A DNA stretch of 63,886 nt, the filler included, from Reclinomonas americana ATCC 50394 (Eukaryota), in the NCBI GenBank assembly GCA_048213135.1. It is 20 parts of 20 records of this genome, joined end to end, with 100 filler letters (N's around TTAATTAATTAA, not from the genome) between each part and the next. Parts side by side here need not be neighbours in the genome. Positions count along the whole stretch, not along the records: positions 36,882 to 38,717 come from AFZH01023999.1; positions 38,818 to 40,827 come from AFZH01024000.1; positions 40,928 to 43,465 come from AFZH01024001.1; positions 43,566 to 48,428 come from AFZH01024002.1; positions 48,529 to 51,515 come from AFZH01024003.1; 15 more parts are not named here. One strand, 5' to 3'. A program made the translations under genes and the position numbers. The notes under the pieces were generated by a model. The model was not told the origin of the DNA. It worked only from the letters and a program-made list of their open reading frames with translations, and ran no database searches. Shown here piece after piece: positions 36,891 through 49,402 of this stretch. Within the stretch, counting starts at the first letter, position 1; the number at the start of each line of letters is the position of its first letter.

Positions 36891-38531
36891 CGCGTGGCGT
36901 TCACCTCGCAAGTCACCTTCTCCTACAACATCACCAAGATGGAGGACGAGTATGCATTCTTTGTCTTCAACTGCAAGCCGACGCCGCTGCGTGTGACGGT
37001 GAGCTTGCAAGGGAGACGATGATGTGGGGTTGATTGCGAGAGAGAGAGAGAGACAGATAGAGGGACAGATAGAAAGTAAATGAGAGAGAGAGAGAGCTAG
37101 ACGGATAGATAGAGCGGGAATGCGTGTTGACGATGCGCTTTGTCATATGCGAGCTCATCCTTTTCATTTTACAGGGCACCCTCTCCTACCGCACTTCCAA
37201 CGGCAGCTACCTGGCGCTGGAGGACCAACCACTGGTATTCGCCTACGAAATCCTCGGCGTCGCCTGCCTCGTGTTCGCGGCCGTGTGGTTCTTTTTGTAC
37301 CTGAGGAGATGGTGAGCGCAGAGAGAAGAGGGAGAGGGTTCTTGCTGTTTATGTTTGTGACTGTGTGTGTGTGTGTTTGCGTGCTTGCTTGCTTGCGAAG
37401 GAGAGAGAGAGAGAGAGTGGGTTCTCGCTGTCTGTCTGTGTTGGACTCTGCGTGTACGTGCTTGCTTGCGAGCGGGAGAACACGCGCGTAGTTACAATTG
37501 CTGTCCATGCCTTCTGTGTTTGTTGTGCGTGTGTTATGGGGAGAGATGGAAGGGGCGAGACAGAAAGCGAGAGCGCGTGAGAGAGTGTTGTACTGCGCAC
37601 GTGTCTTTCCAATCATTCTAAAATTGTCCTTTCGTCTGCAAAGGGGAGAGAAAGAGAGAGCTCGTGGGAGAGTGTTTTCATGTGCATGTTTCATTCCTCT
37701 CATTCTAGAATTGACCTTGCCATCTGTGTTTGTTGTGCGTGTGTCAAAGGGGAAATATGGAAGGGGCGAGACAGAAAGCGAGCGCGTGAGAGAGTGTGAA
37801 GGAGAGAGATGGACAGGGTGCGACAGAAAGAGAGAGCGCGCGCGTGTGGGAGAGTGTTTTACTGCGCACGTGTTTTTCCAATCATCTAGAATTGTCCTTT
37901 CGTCTGCAATGAGGAGAGATGGCAGGTGAGACAGAAAGAGAGAGCGCGTGGGAGAGTGTTTTACTATTCCTCTCATTCTAGATTGACTTCGCCATCTGTG
38001 TTTGTTGTGCGTGTGAAATGGGGAGAGAGAGAGACAGAAAGAGAGAGCGCGCTGGAGAGTGTTTTTCTGTGCATCCTTCATTCCTCTCATTCTTTTGGTG
38101 ACTGAGATAAGGATAATGTGACCCGAGTTCGTTGAATGGGAGATATCTGTGGAGACAGTGTCTTTGCATGCTCGTCGTCCCTCTCTCTTCGTATGTGAGC
38201 TGACGCACATCTCTCGCACAGGCGGAGCACACGCATCCTGCAGCACATTTTCAGTGCTGTGGTCGTCATCAAAGTGATGGAAATGCTCTTCCGCTTCGTA
38301 AACCAGATCGAGATCGGCCAGACGGGCAACGAGAGCAACGGCTTTTAGTTGCGCACTTGCCCTGTCAGCCCTACACTGGCACATACTAACTCACTTTCTG
38401 TCGCAGTACGGTGTCGAGTATTCTTGGCGTTCTCTCTGTCAACACACTGCTGGCATACATTATGTTGTTGTCGCTCGGGTGGCGTGTTTTGCGCATGCAT
38501 CTCAATGCACGCGAGTATCAGATGCTGGGAG
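36891..38531 (+). CDS. GOST / lung seven-transmembrane receptor family protein (GPR107/108/TMEM87-like), internal part
   Basis: EYAFFVFNC..|GTLSYRTSNGSYLALEDQPLVFAY..WFFLYLRRW|RSTRILQHIFSAVVVIKVME..IMLLSLGWRVLRMHLNARE matches the YL..xxPL..Y, LQH and GW.xxR..L motifs of this family. Confidence 0.82.
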
Positions 38532-38817
38532 GTGAGCTTCTTCAGTCCTCGCGCTTCGGTGCTGCGTTTGCCACTCGCATTCCATCACTCTCTTGAGTTG
38601 TCTCATTCTCAACGGTTTGCCTGGCCTCTCTCGCTGTTGGTTTTCCCCGTTTTTCTTTCTTGCTTTCTTTCTTGCTTTCTTTCTTGCTTTCTTTCATTCT
38701 CTTTCTCTCTCTCTCTCNNNNNNNNNNNNNNNNNNNNNNNNNNNNNNNNNNNNNNNNNNNNTTAATTAATTAANNNNNNNNNNNNNNNNNNNNNNNNNNN
38801 NNNNNNNNNNNNNNNNN

Positions 38818-39719
38818 CCGAATGCGCCCGTCGTTCGCCATTTCAATGTGGAGCCGTCGCGAGAACAGGCACGCGATGTCATGATGCGGAGACGTGCAGC
38901 GGCGGCCAATGCTGCGGCGGCTGGTGGTGGCGGTGGCGGTTCATCCTCGTCTGCTGCGGCGCCCTCCCCCACCACCGTGTCGGCCGCTGGACGGCCAAAT
39001 AGCTCGCACGGTGGTGGTGGTGGTCGTGGAGGCCACGATGCAGCAGCAGCAGCGGGACGTGCACAGGCCGCTGCGCCGCGAGCTGACGAAGGTTCGCGCC
39101 GCTGGTGGTGAGAGAGAGGGATGGGGGATTGTGTGTGAATCGACGAGCCAGTCTGTGTGTGTGACACCACCCTTTTCCATTTTCAGATGCCATGTCGGCC
39201 CCCGGTATGCGAATGCGGCGGCGAGTCGGCGACGACATGTGGCAGGACTCACACAGCACATCGTCTTCATCGTCGTCTGGACGCCGCCTGTTGCACAGCA
39301 GCACACCGCCGCTGCCGGCGCTGCCAGAGGGTGGGCGTGGCGATGCGCTCTCCACTCATGTCGACGTGCATCGCGCCATGCCGACAGACTCACACGCGGT
39401 GCCAGTGTCGACCGGTCCCGTTACGCTGCTGTCTCTGGCGGCGAATCAGCTGCGCGGTCGTGCACGCATCGCCACTCCCGACGCCCCCGACTCCACGTCG
39501 GCGGCGGCGTATAGCGGGGCCGGCAGCGTGGACTACCGCACGGGATCGCCGTCGGGCATGTCGTCGGGTCACGGCTCGCTGGCGTCGGGTTCCGGCAGCG
39601 TGGCAGGCAGTGCGGCCGCGCAGTCATCACTCGCCAGTCTGAGTCACGTGACGATTCGGCCGCCGACGGCACCGGCCGCATCGACGATCCCGCCACCGCG
39701 TCGACCACCCACGACATGA
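38818..39719 (+). CDS. 3' end of unknown low-complexity (A/S/G/P-rich) protein
   Basis: Exon to ~39106, GTGAGA..TTTCAG intron, terminal exon to TGA at 39717-39719. Confidence 0.45.
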
Positions 39720-39764
39720 CGAATCAAACATCAATGTCGTAAATACGTTTCGTTTATTGTTTGG

Positions 39765-41024
39765 CTACGGCGGCTGTCCTCCTCCTGCGCCCTTGCGCCC
39801 TCCACCAGCAGGAGAAGCTGCTGCGGTGGAAGTGGTGGTGGTGGTGGTCGTGGAAGAAGAACCGGGGTACGTAAAGGCTGCGCCATTGGTGGATCCGGGT
39901 GGCACAATGCGCTTGCCCGGCGACTGTGGCCGCGCGAGCTCAATCTCCGGCGTCGAGCCGAGCAGGTAGGGATTGTAGTTGACGCAGGTGGTGGCGGGCG
40001 TCCACACGTCGTCCACTGGGGCACGCGTGCGCTCCAGTGCCTGGATGTAGGCCTCGGTGGTGTAGTTGGAGCGCGTAATGTCCTGCCCGAGGGTGACCCA
40101 GCCGGGTCGCAGGTTGTGGTCCTCGCCGAACAGCTCGATGCGGCGGCGGCCGAGAGAGAAGTGTTCGATGATGGAGTAGAGTTCGTCGGGTTTGCGAAGG
40201 CCTGCGTCAAGGGAAGGGATAAAAGGGGGAAGGGAAGAGGGGAAGGGTGAGCACAGGGGGTTTCACCCTTCACCTCTCGCTTCCCTTTTTCACGCAACTT
40301 CCCAGCGGCGGCTCCTCCGCCACAATCACATCCGTGTCGATATTCGCGTGCACCAAGTGTCCATCGTGGCTGCGCCGAACGGTGCCGTGCATGCCCACCA
40401 GACAGTGCTCCTTGGAGTGCTTGAACAGCGTGCCGACCTCCACCGACTCGAGCTTGTTGCGCACCTTGTTGGACTTGATCCAGCAGATTTCCTCCACGCG
40501 GCGGAAGCCCCAGCGTGTGAGGAGAAGGCGGCCTGTCGCCGAGAAGGAGAGGGAAGGAGAGGGAGGGAGAGTGAGGGACAGAGAGAAACAGAGAGGAAAG
40601 AGAGATGCAAGAGAGAGCAAAGAGGAAAGAACGAAAGAACGAGAGCAATGCAGAGAGACGAGAGAGAGAGAGAGAGAGAGAGCAGAAGAACGGAAGAGAG
40701 AGAGGAAAGAGCGCACGACAGAGAGAAGAACGAGAGCAAGACCGAGAAGAAAGAGAGCAAAACGAGAGAAGAAGAGACCAAGACAAAGAGAGGAACGAGA
40801 GCGAGGCGGAGAGAACGAGCTAGGCCGNNNNNNNNNNNNNNNNNNNNNNNNNNNNNNNNNNNNNNNNNNNNTTAATTAATTAANNNNNNNNNNNNNNNNN
40901 NNNNNNNNNNNNNNNNNNNNNNNNNNNGAGAGAGAGAGAGAGAAGAAAGAGGGCGCGGCAGGGAGAAGAATGAGAGCAACAGAGGGAGGAGAATGAGAGC
41001 AAGACAGAGAGAAGAAAGAGAGCA

Positions 41025-41055
<31 letters not shown>

Positions 41056-42590
41056 ACAAGAGAAGAAGAAAGAGAGCAGGGCAGAGAGCAAAACGAGTGA
41101 AGAAGCGAGCAAAGCAGCGAGAAAATGAGAGCAAGACTGAGAAAAGAAGGATAGCAACACAGAGACAAGGAAGAGCGCAAGGCAGAGAGAAGAAAGAGAG
41201 CAAGACAGAGAGAAGAAAGAGACCAAGACGAAGAGAAGAAAGAGTACAAGGCGGAGAGAAAGAGAGCAAGACCAATAGAAGAACGAGGAGATGAATGAGC
41301 GCAAGGCCGAGAGAAGAAAGAGAGCAAAGCAGAGAGAAGAAAGAGAGCAAGACAGAGAGACGAAAGAGACCAAGACGAAGAAAAGAAAGAGTACAGGGCG
41401 GAGAGAAAGAGAGCAAGACAGAGAGAAGGCAGGGAGAAGACAGAGAACGAGAGAAGAAGAAAGAGAGCAGGGCAGAGAGAAGAACGAGAGAAAGACAGAG
41501 AGGAGAAAGAGAGAAGACAGCGAGAAGGCAGAGAAATGAACAAAGCACAGAAGAACGAAAGAAACAGAGAGAGAAAGAACGATGAACAACGACAGATGAC
41601 AACGAATCACCTCCTTCACCACGCACGCACCCTGATCCACTCCATCGGCCGACCCCGCCCACAAAAACACAAAGCTGGCCGGCGCCGCCAGTGCACGGAC
41701 ATTGAGTCGACACATCTCCTCGTAGGACCAGCTGCTGCGCACGAGGCCGGGCAGGCGGCGCTGATACTCGGACCACGGCGGATCCACGAGAATCACATCG
41801 AATTGGCATTTGAGCGAGGCGAGATCGAAGGTGCGCAGATCGCATTTGAGCGAGAATGGCGGCGTGTTGCGTTCGGCCACCAGCGCGTCCTTGAGTCGCA
41901 CCAGCTCCTGCAGTTCGGGGTAATCGTCAAACTTGCTGGGGCCCACGTTGGTGATGAAATTCTGCGGCCGTTCGCCCGTGTCGACAAAGTGCTGCGAGTA
42001 GTCGTTGATGTGGCCGGCGGAGGGCTTGCGATTGAAGCGCTCACGCATGGCCTCCTGTGAGGGTGGGTAGGTGAGACAGAGAGAGAGGAAAGAGGAGAGG
42101 GAGGTGTGTTACCTTGCTGTTGACGAATTCCTTTCGCAGCTGCGGGTTCATCCGCTTGTTGGTGCGATCCATTTCGATTGGTGGTGCACGGCGACCGCCC
42201 ACGGGCGACTCGGACTCGGCGGCCGATCGGCCGAGCGACAAGCGAGGAATGGAGGCGGGTGGCGAGGCCACGGCGCCTGTGCCGGGAGTCGTTGGCGTGG
42301 ACGGGGAGGACGAGGGTGGGGGTGGAGACCGTGCGGAGAAGGGGCGCGGTTGCTGCTGGCCAGTTGTCCGCGTGATGATGGTTGGTGGACGTCCGCGACC
42401 GCGACCGCGACCGCCTGTGGCAAGGTGAGGATTGGTGGGGGAAAAGAAGGAGAGAAGGGGGGGCGACGCAACCGCGAAATGAGGGTTGGTGGTATGGGCG
42501 AGGTGGTGCGCCGGGGTAGTGGTCGGGAGAGGGTCGAGGGGCGGTGGCGTAGTGCGGGCGCTGACGGGGTGGGGCGAGATCGGGGTCTGC
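39765..42590 (-). CDS. METTL14: METTL14 (MT-A70 family m6A writer subunit), 5' end unresolved; spans the linker at 40828 inside an intron
   Basis: NDYSQHFVDTGERPQNFI, YPELQELVRLKD, FDVILVDPPW, WGFRRVEEICWIKSN, KEHCLVGMHGTVRRSHDGHLVHANIDTD, KPDELYSIIEHFSLGRRRIELFG, RPGWVTLG and TPEIELARPQSP are METTL14/MTB/Kar4-clade signatures. Confidence 0.93.
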
Positions 42591-43299
42591 GGGAAGGGGG
42601 GAAGGGAGGGGAAGGGGAAGGGGGGAGAGGATTGGGGAAGGAGATGTGAGATAGCATGCAGAGAGACAGTCCTTGTGGAAGGCAGAAAACAGGAGGGAAA
42701 GAGGCTGGGGCAACGCACTGCTGGATGACAGTTGTGAGAGGGGGAGAGAAGAACGTGCTGTCACAGAGGAGAGGAGAGCAGAGGTACAGGCAAAAACTGG
42801 CTAAGGAGGATGACAGCGTGTAAAATGCAGGGAGAAGGATGAAGTACAAAGATTGGCGATGAGGTTGTGGAATGGATAGAGACTGAAGGAGAAAGCAAAT
42901 GGAGGCAGAATCACAGATTAGCATGAACGAGAAGCAATGTGCCAGAAGGGCAGAAGAGAAAGCAGGCAGAAGGAGAACGAGTTGGCGCATAACAGATTGC
43001 TTGTTGGTCTTTCCTCTCTTCCTGAGTATGTGTCTGAAAGGAGAAGAGGAAGAGAAGCAGAAGAGAACGGGCAAGGAGAGGCAGAGGCGAATAGCATGCT
43101 TGCAGAAGAGAACGAGGTGGCGCATAACAGATTGTCTCTTGGTCTTTCTTCTCTATCTGTGTTCGTGTCTGTGTATGCGACACAATGCAGCGGAAGGAGA
43201 AGCAGAAGGACAGGCGAGCAGCATTGCTGCCTTTCCTCTTTGCCTGTGAATATGTCGGAGTGTGTGTCACGAGGAAGGACAGGCAGAAGACATGCAGAG

Positions 43300-43337
<38 letters not shown>

Positions 43338-43386
43338 GCATGAGTCCAGAACAGCTTGCCTCTTCGTCCATTAGCTCTCTGTGCAG

Positions 43387-43465
<79 letters not shown>

Positions 43466-43661
43466 NNNNNNNNNNNNNNNNNNNNNNNNNNNNNNNNNNN
43501 NNNNNNNNNTTAATTAATTAANNNNNNNNNNNNNNNNNNNNNNNNNNNNNNNNNNNNNNNNNNNNGAGAGAGAGAGAGAGAGCTTGAGTGATCGCGTTGT
43601 GTATTCGAGAGGGAGATGAGAAAGAGAGAGAGCGGAGTCGAGAATACGCGCTCACTCTCTT

Positions 43662-43701
<40 letters not shown>

Positions 43702-44175
43702 ACATCACATCACATCACACACACTTGCACGCGCTGAGAGAGAGTGTGTGGCGCGTGAGCTTGTGTCATCGTGTGTGATCTTGAGCGATGGAGCGGAGTC
43801 GAGAGTACGCGCTCACTCTCTCTCTCTCTCTCTCACACAGACACACACATACACGCGTGCACAGAGAGCGTGTGTGTGTGTGTGCGTGAGAGACAAGCGG
43901 GAGCCTGAGAGAACTGAGTGTGAAGACGAGAATACACTCCTGCACTTCACTCTCTCACACACCTCCGTTCACACCTGCACATACAAAGTGAGTGGTGTGC
44001 ATGTTGTGTGTTGTGTGCGTGTGAGAGAGAATGATGCTCAAATGCACACATTTGGCGCGTCGTCGTCGTCGTCGTCGGAGTTTGCGCGGTGTTGACATCG
44101 AGTTGTCGCGGATTGTGCTTTTCCTTTCGCTGTGTGTCTGTGCTGTTGATGGTGGCGATTGTGAAGAATCGATGT

Positions 44176-45875
44176 GAATGAGGCACTGATTGCCTCGGGC
44201 ATCTATTTCGCGATCGAGTCCTTCTTTTCTCGTGGCCGTGATCCGCTTGTCGGGCGTGCCTCCTCGAGCTCTGTTATCACTGGCGATGATTGGCGCGTCG
44301 GTCATCGCTTATCTCCGTCTGTCGTCCGCAGGGAGATGAAATCGAGACCGAATCGACACCAGAGCGAAGTGGAAGTGCTGCGACTCGGCGAGGTGCCCGA
44401 CATGGCACTCGTGCGACCACTGCCAGGTGCGGCAGTGTGCGCAACTTGCATTGTGTGTTGAAACTCACTACTGCGCGCAGACGGCTCCAAGTTTGTGTTT
44501 CGCAGCGTTCGCGAGGATGCTGCTCGCATCATTGTGCGTGACGGCGCCTTTACGTTTCCGCCAAAGAACCGTCTCTGTTGCGCACTCCTCACAGAGCCTG
44601 CCTATTTCCTCCTTGTGTACTCACGCATCGGCGCACAGACGTCGCCTTCCGTGGTGGCCTCGGCTTCACCACTGACTTTGTAAAGGCCGCGGCCTTTGAT
44701 TTCAACTGGGAGGGTGGTGGCCCGTTGAATATCTTTGCCACCCCGGCTCCACCGTGTGCGGTGAGTTGTGGTGTGTGATGTAATGGTGGACAAAGCGCTC
44801 ACCTTCTGAGCACAGCGATTTGAGGGCGACTTCCTGACACCCTTTGAACCGGTGAGTGTGGGGGCACTTAAAACACACACACACGCACGCACACACGCAC
44901 GCACACACATACATACACACACTCATACATACACGTACACAGAGAGAGAGTCCCTACTTTTAAGCGCGTGCTCAATCACGCTCTCACATCGTATCTCCCA
45001 TGATCTCACACTCTCATCTCCTGTCCCCCTTGATTACTCATCTCCTATGTCCCTTGATATCGCTCTCTCCTCCCTATTCCTTGCACCTTCCTTTCTCCTT
45101 GATATCTCTCTCATCTCCTGTTGTCACTCTTGATCATCCGCCATCTCCTATTACCATTCATCACTCTCTCATCTACTATCACACTTGATCACTCTCGCCC
45201 CCTTGTTCGGGCTCTCAACCCCCTTCCCTGTTGATTTTGCTCTGGCCTCCCTTCCCCATTCGATCACACTCTCGCATCCCATCCTCCTTTGCTCTCATCT
45301 CCAATCCCCTTGATCACACTTTCTCGTCGTATCCCTGTTGATCACTCTCTCACCTCCTATCACCCTTCATTACGCTCTCATCTCTCTTCCCCCTTTATCA
45401 CCCTCTTGCCTCCAATCCGCGTTGGTCACGCTATCACCTTCCCGTTATTGACGCTCTTACCCCCCTTGTTCGCGCTCTCGTCTCTCTCTGCTCTTGATCG
45501 CGATCCCACCTCCCTTCCCTATTTACCACTATCTCACGACCTCTCCCGGTGATCGCGCTCTCGCCCCTTCGATCACGCTCTGGCCTCCTATCCCCTTTGA
45601 TCACCCCTCACCTCCCTTCCCCCCCCTCTCATCGTGCAGTCACCGCCCTTTCCCCTTTTGATCACGCTCTCACCTCCCTTTGCCTCCCTTCCCCCTTCCT
45701 CCAATTGCAGACCACCGACATGTACATTTCGGTCCAACAAGCCCCGCTGTACTACAACGAGTTCAGAAAGGTGTTTAATGAGAGGGGAGAGCGTGGCGAC
45801 GACGGCGACTTGTGGAGCCCGCGACCCATTTACTGGATTCGAACACGGTCGCCCGAGGAGGACTGCAATCAGTGA
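44176..45875 (+). CDS. Unknown multi-exon gene
   Basis: Short exons (SEVEVLRLGEVPDMAL; GLGFTTDFVKAAAFDFNWEGGGPLNIF; RFEGDFLTPFEP; TTDMYISVQQAPLYYNEFRKVF..DCNQ*) separated by GT..AG introns. Start and some frames are uncertain. Confidence 0.4.
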
Positions 45876-45987
45876 AGCGTGGTGGTGTTGCTCTGTTATC
45901 CCTCATTCTGCCATTGTACACTTCTTGTCACACAATGTACACACACACACGTACACACCATTCACACACACAACACGGGCACTTTTT

Positions 45988-48061
45988 TCACATCAAGCTG
46001 CAGCCATTGCTCGGCGGCGAATTGCGGTTTTCCTGCACCGACCACCGGGTGAGGCTCCAGCACACGCTCTTCGCCCTCGTTACCCCACACACCCTCTTCG
46101 GCTCACACGCTCTCCGCTCTTTTCATCCACACGCTCCCCATCGTCGTCACTTCACACGCTCCACTCTTTTCACCCACACGCTCCACACCCTCCTCAGTCT
46201 CACGCTTCCACCATCTCTTCAACTGACACGTTCCCAACCCTCGTCACTTCATACACTCCCACCCTCTCTTTACCTCGCACGCTCTCCACTCTTTTCACCC
46301 ACACGCTCCCCATCGTCGTCACTTCACACACTCCCCACCCTCTGCACCCACACACTCCCGCCCTCGTCACTTCACACGCTCCCGCCCTCGTCACTTCACA
46401 CACTTCCCATTCTCTTCACCTCACACGCTCTCAACCCTCTTCACCTCGCACGCTCTCCATCCTATCTTCACCTCACATGCTCTCCACTCTCCACAGCTAA
46501 CACCCTCCCCACACGCCCCCACTCTCTTTACCCACACGCTCTCCACCATCTTCACCTCACACGCTCCCCACTCTCTTCACCACCAACCTCGTCACCCACC
46601 ACCCTCTTCACCCACCACCCTCTTCACCCACCACCCCCTTCAACGCCAACCACCCCCTTCGCCCCCCACACACAACGCACCTCTATTATGGTGTCCATGA
46701 ACCGCCGCCGCTCATCCCGCTGCTCCGCCAGATCGCTGAGGTAGATCGAGTTGCCGTGCGGCTCCCACACAAACGCCTCGTGATCGATGCCACTGGAGAC
46801 GAGCACGGGCCGTGTGGGGTGCGCCTCCACGCAGTTGACCACCGAGTCGTGACCTGCGTGACCATGAGACGACCATTCTTGCGCAACGTACGGGGGTAAA
46901 CGAAGAACCTTCCAGCACATTCAAGAGACGCCCAGTTCTCTTCTCCCAGATGTAGATGCGGGCATCGTCCGAGCCCGAGACCACGTACTCGGAGTTGGGA
47001 CCGAAGAAGTTGCAGGACTTGATGCTGCGGTGGTCGTAAAGTGAGCACACAATGCGAAGCTATCAAGTAGTTGCGGGATGGGCGCAACGTTCTCCGCGAC
47101 ACGTGGCCCTCGAACTTGCGCTTGTAGGTCTTGGCGTCAATGGGTAGCCGACCGCGATGGGTGGGAGCACGGCTGCCGGATGAGCCAGCTGTCGCAGTGC
47201 TGCCGCCCGAAGCACTCCCCGCCTCACTCTCTTCGTCGTCGTCCAACTGCAGACCGAGCCTGCCAATACAAACAGTCACTAAATGCACAGTCAGAGACAC
47301 AACCCCTCCCGTATCCTCACCTCGACTGCAGTAACAGGAAGCGCAGCACATTGCTCTGCGTCGGGGGAATGCCCATCTGCAACATGGTGTTCACCATGCG
47401 GTCGACCGACACGGTGCGCGGGCGGCGCCGAGGTCGCTGTCGCGTGCCACTGCTCTCCGACGCACTACTTGCTTCACCACCATGGTCGTCATCATCATCA
47501 CCATCATCAGCATCATCGCGATCGTGTCGCTCATCCGCATCCTCCTCTTCCTCCTCCTCCTCGGCGTCGCTGCTGGCCATGGCAGCGGCAGCAGCGGATG
47601 CACCACTCACGGCGCCGGCGGCAGCCGACACGGCGGGGGCACGCTCCTCCTCTTCTTCCTCTTCCTCCCGTCCAGGTCGGCGTGGTCCGTAGTCTTCCTC
47701 CTCGGCGTCACTGGCGATGGTGAAGGGTGTGAGCGGTAACGAAAAGAAGGAAAGGAAAATAGAACAACAGAAAGGCCAAGGATGAACAGAAGAGACAGGA
47801 AGCTCGAATCACATATACAGAGCATGCAAGACAAGCTGAAGCAGACATTGCACACACGACAAAAGGTCATGGGCTCGGAAGCAGCAAACACACACCACGA
47901 GCACAGAGACTCAGATACAACAAGGAGTCAAGTGAATAGAGAAAGAGATCTCTTGTGTGTGTGCGTATATCACCTTGGCTCGCTGCTCCCAGCGGCCGCC
48001 GACTCGGGAACGTCAAACGGTGAAACGGAAACCACGGGAATGGGAGTGGATGTTTGTGGCC
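45988..48061 (-). CDS. DCAF8/DCAF6/WDTC1-like WD40 protein, C-terminal part, ending in CaaX (CSLM)
   Basis: KFEGHVSRRT|IKSCNFFGPNSEYVVSGSDDARIYIWEKRTG..LEG|HDSVVNCVEAHPTRPVLVSSGIDH..WEP, preceded by an acidic loop. Last exon 46032-45988 encodes ENRNSPPSNGCSLM*. Confidence 0.85.
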
Positions 48062-48528
48062 TGTATTCAGAAGAGAGTAAACATCACATGAGTAAGAGAG
48101 AGAAAGAGGAAGAGAGAGAGAGAAACAGAGAGTGCATGAGAAGGGATATTTGCCAGAGAGTGCACGAGCAAGGGAGACAGGAAGCGAGCGAGAGAGAGAG
48201 AGACAGAGAGCGAGAGACATGCATACAGATACAGCAAGAGACAGACAGGCAGTCAGACACACCGACAGAGAGAAGGACGGACAGACAGACAGACAGACGA
48301 ACATGAAGGCAAAGCGAGAGAGACATGAATGTAGAGCGAGAGAGAGAGAGAGAGAAAAAGAGACAAAGAGAGAGAGAGACAGAGACAGAGAGGCAGAGAC
48401 AGAGAGACAGGCAGACAGACAGAGCAAGNNNNNNNNNNNNNNNNNNNNNNNNNNNNNNNNNNNNNNNNNNNNTTAATTAATTAANNNNNNNNNNNNNNNN
48501 NNNNNNNNNNNNNNNNNNNNNNNNNNNN

Positions 48529-48965
48529 TGAGCTGCGGAAGACGCCGTTCAGGTGGCCGATAATCTGGCGCAGGGTGCGGTAGTCTCGGCGCTGCACACA
48601 GAAGGAGAAGAAACCGGATGAGCACACGCGCGGTTCAGACCAATGCCCCTCCCCTTCTCCTTCCCGTAGCCCATGCCGAAAAAAAGAGGGGAAAGAAGCA
48701 TACGGAGGGTTGTGGACTGCGCACTCGCCCAAGCCGCTGGACCCACGATGTATCGGAGCAGTTCGATTTGCTGTCACAGTGAACACCCGACCGCCGTCCG
48801 CCACGGCGTGATCCGTTTCACACTCGCTGCTCTTCTGCCTCAACCACTCACCGCCACTCTCAGCTCCTCAGTGCGCCCAGCGCGGCCGCCGCCGCCGTAC
48901 GCCACCGCCGCCAAGCACACAAACAGCACCACGAACAACAGGAGGTTCTTGTTGACAGACATCAT
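48529..48965 (-). CDS. 5' exons of an unknown secreted or type II membrane protein
   Basis: MMSVNKNLLLFVVLFVCLAAVAYG hydrophobic N-terminus followed by a GTGAGT donor and further GT..AG introns. Confidence 0.45.
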
Positions 48966-49402
48966 GAAGGATTGGGCTTGCTAACTCTCCACACGACCTC
49001 GAAAACGACGACTATGCACCCAAAGTGACCAACACAACGAACAATTTTGCATGATTTTTTCCGATGCCGAAACGGACTTCTTTTGTCTCTGCGTGCGGCT
49101 CACAGCGTGTCGCCCTCCCCCATGCATCGTGCAGGGTGCAGAGGAGTGGACGAGGAGAAAGCTGAGAGGACGCGTACGGCGCAGCGAATATTTCGACGCT
49201 CGACGTTCGATGCTCGACACAAACAAAGATGCTCCGCAGCAGCTTGTGCACGCGTGTGGGTAGTGTTGTATGACAGCAACACGCAGCACTCGGCGTCGCG
49301 CGATTTGCGGCGACGTCGGAAGGGGACAATCCGCCACCATACCCGACCGAAATCGCGTGTCGGAGGGAGAGAGAGAGAGAGCTGCTCGCGAGAAAACGAT
49401 CC

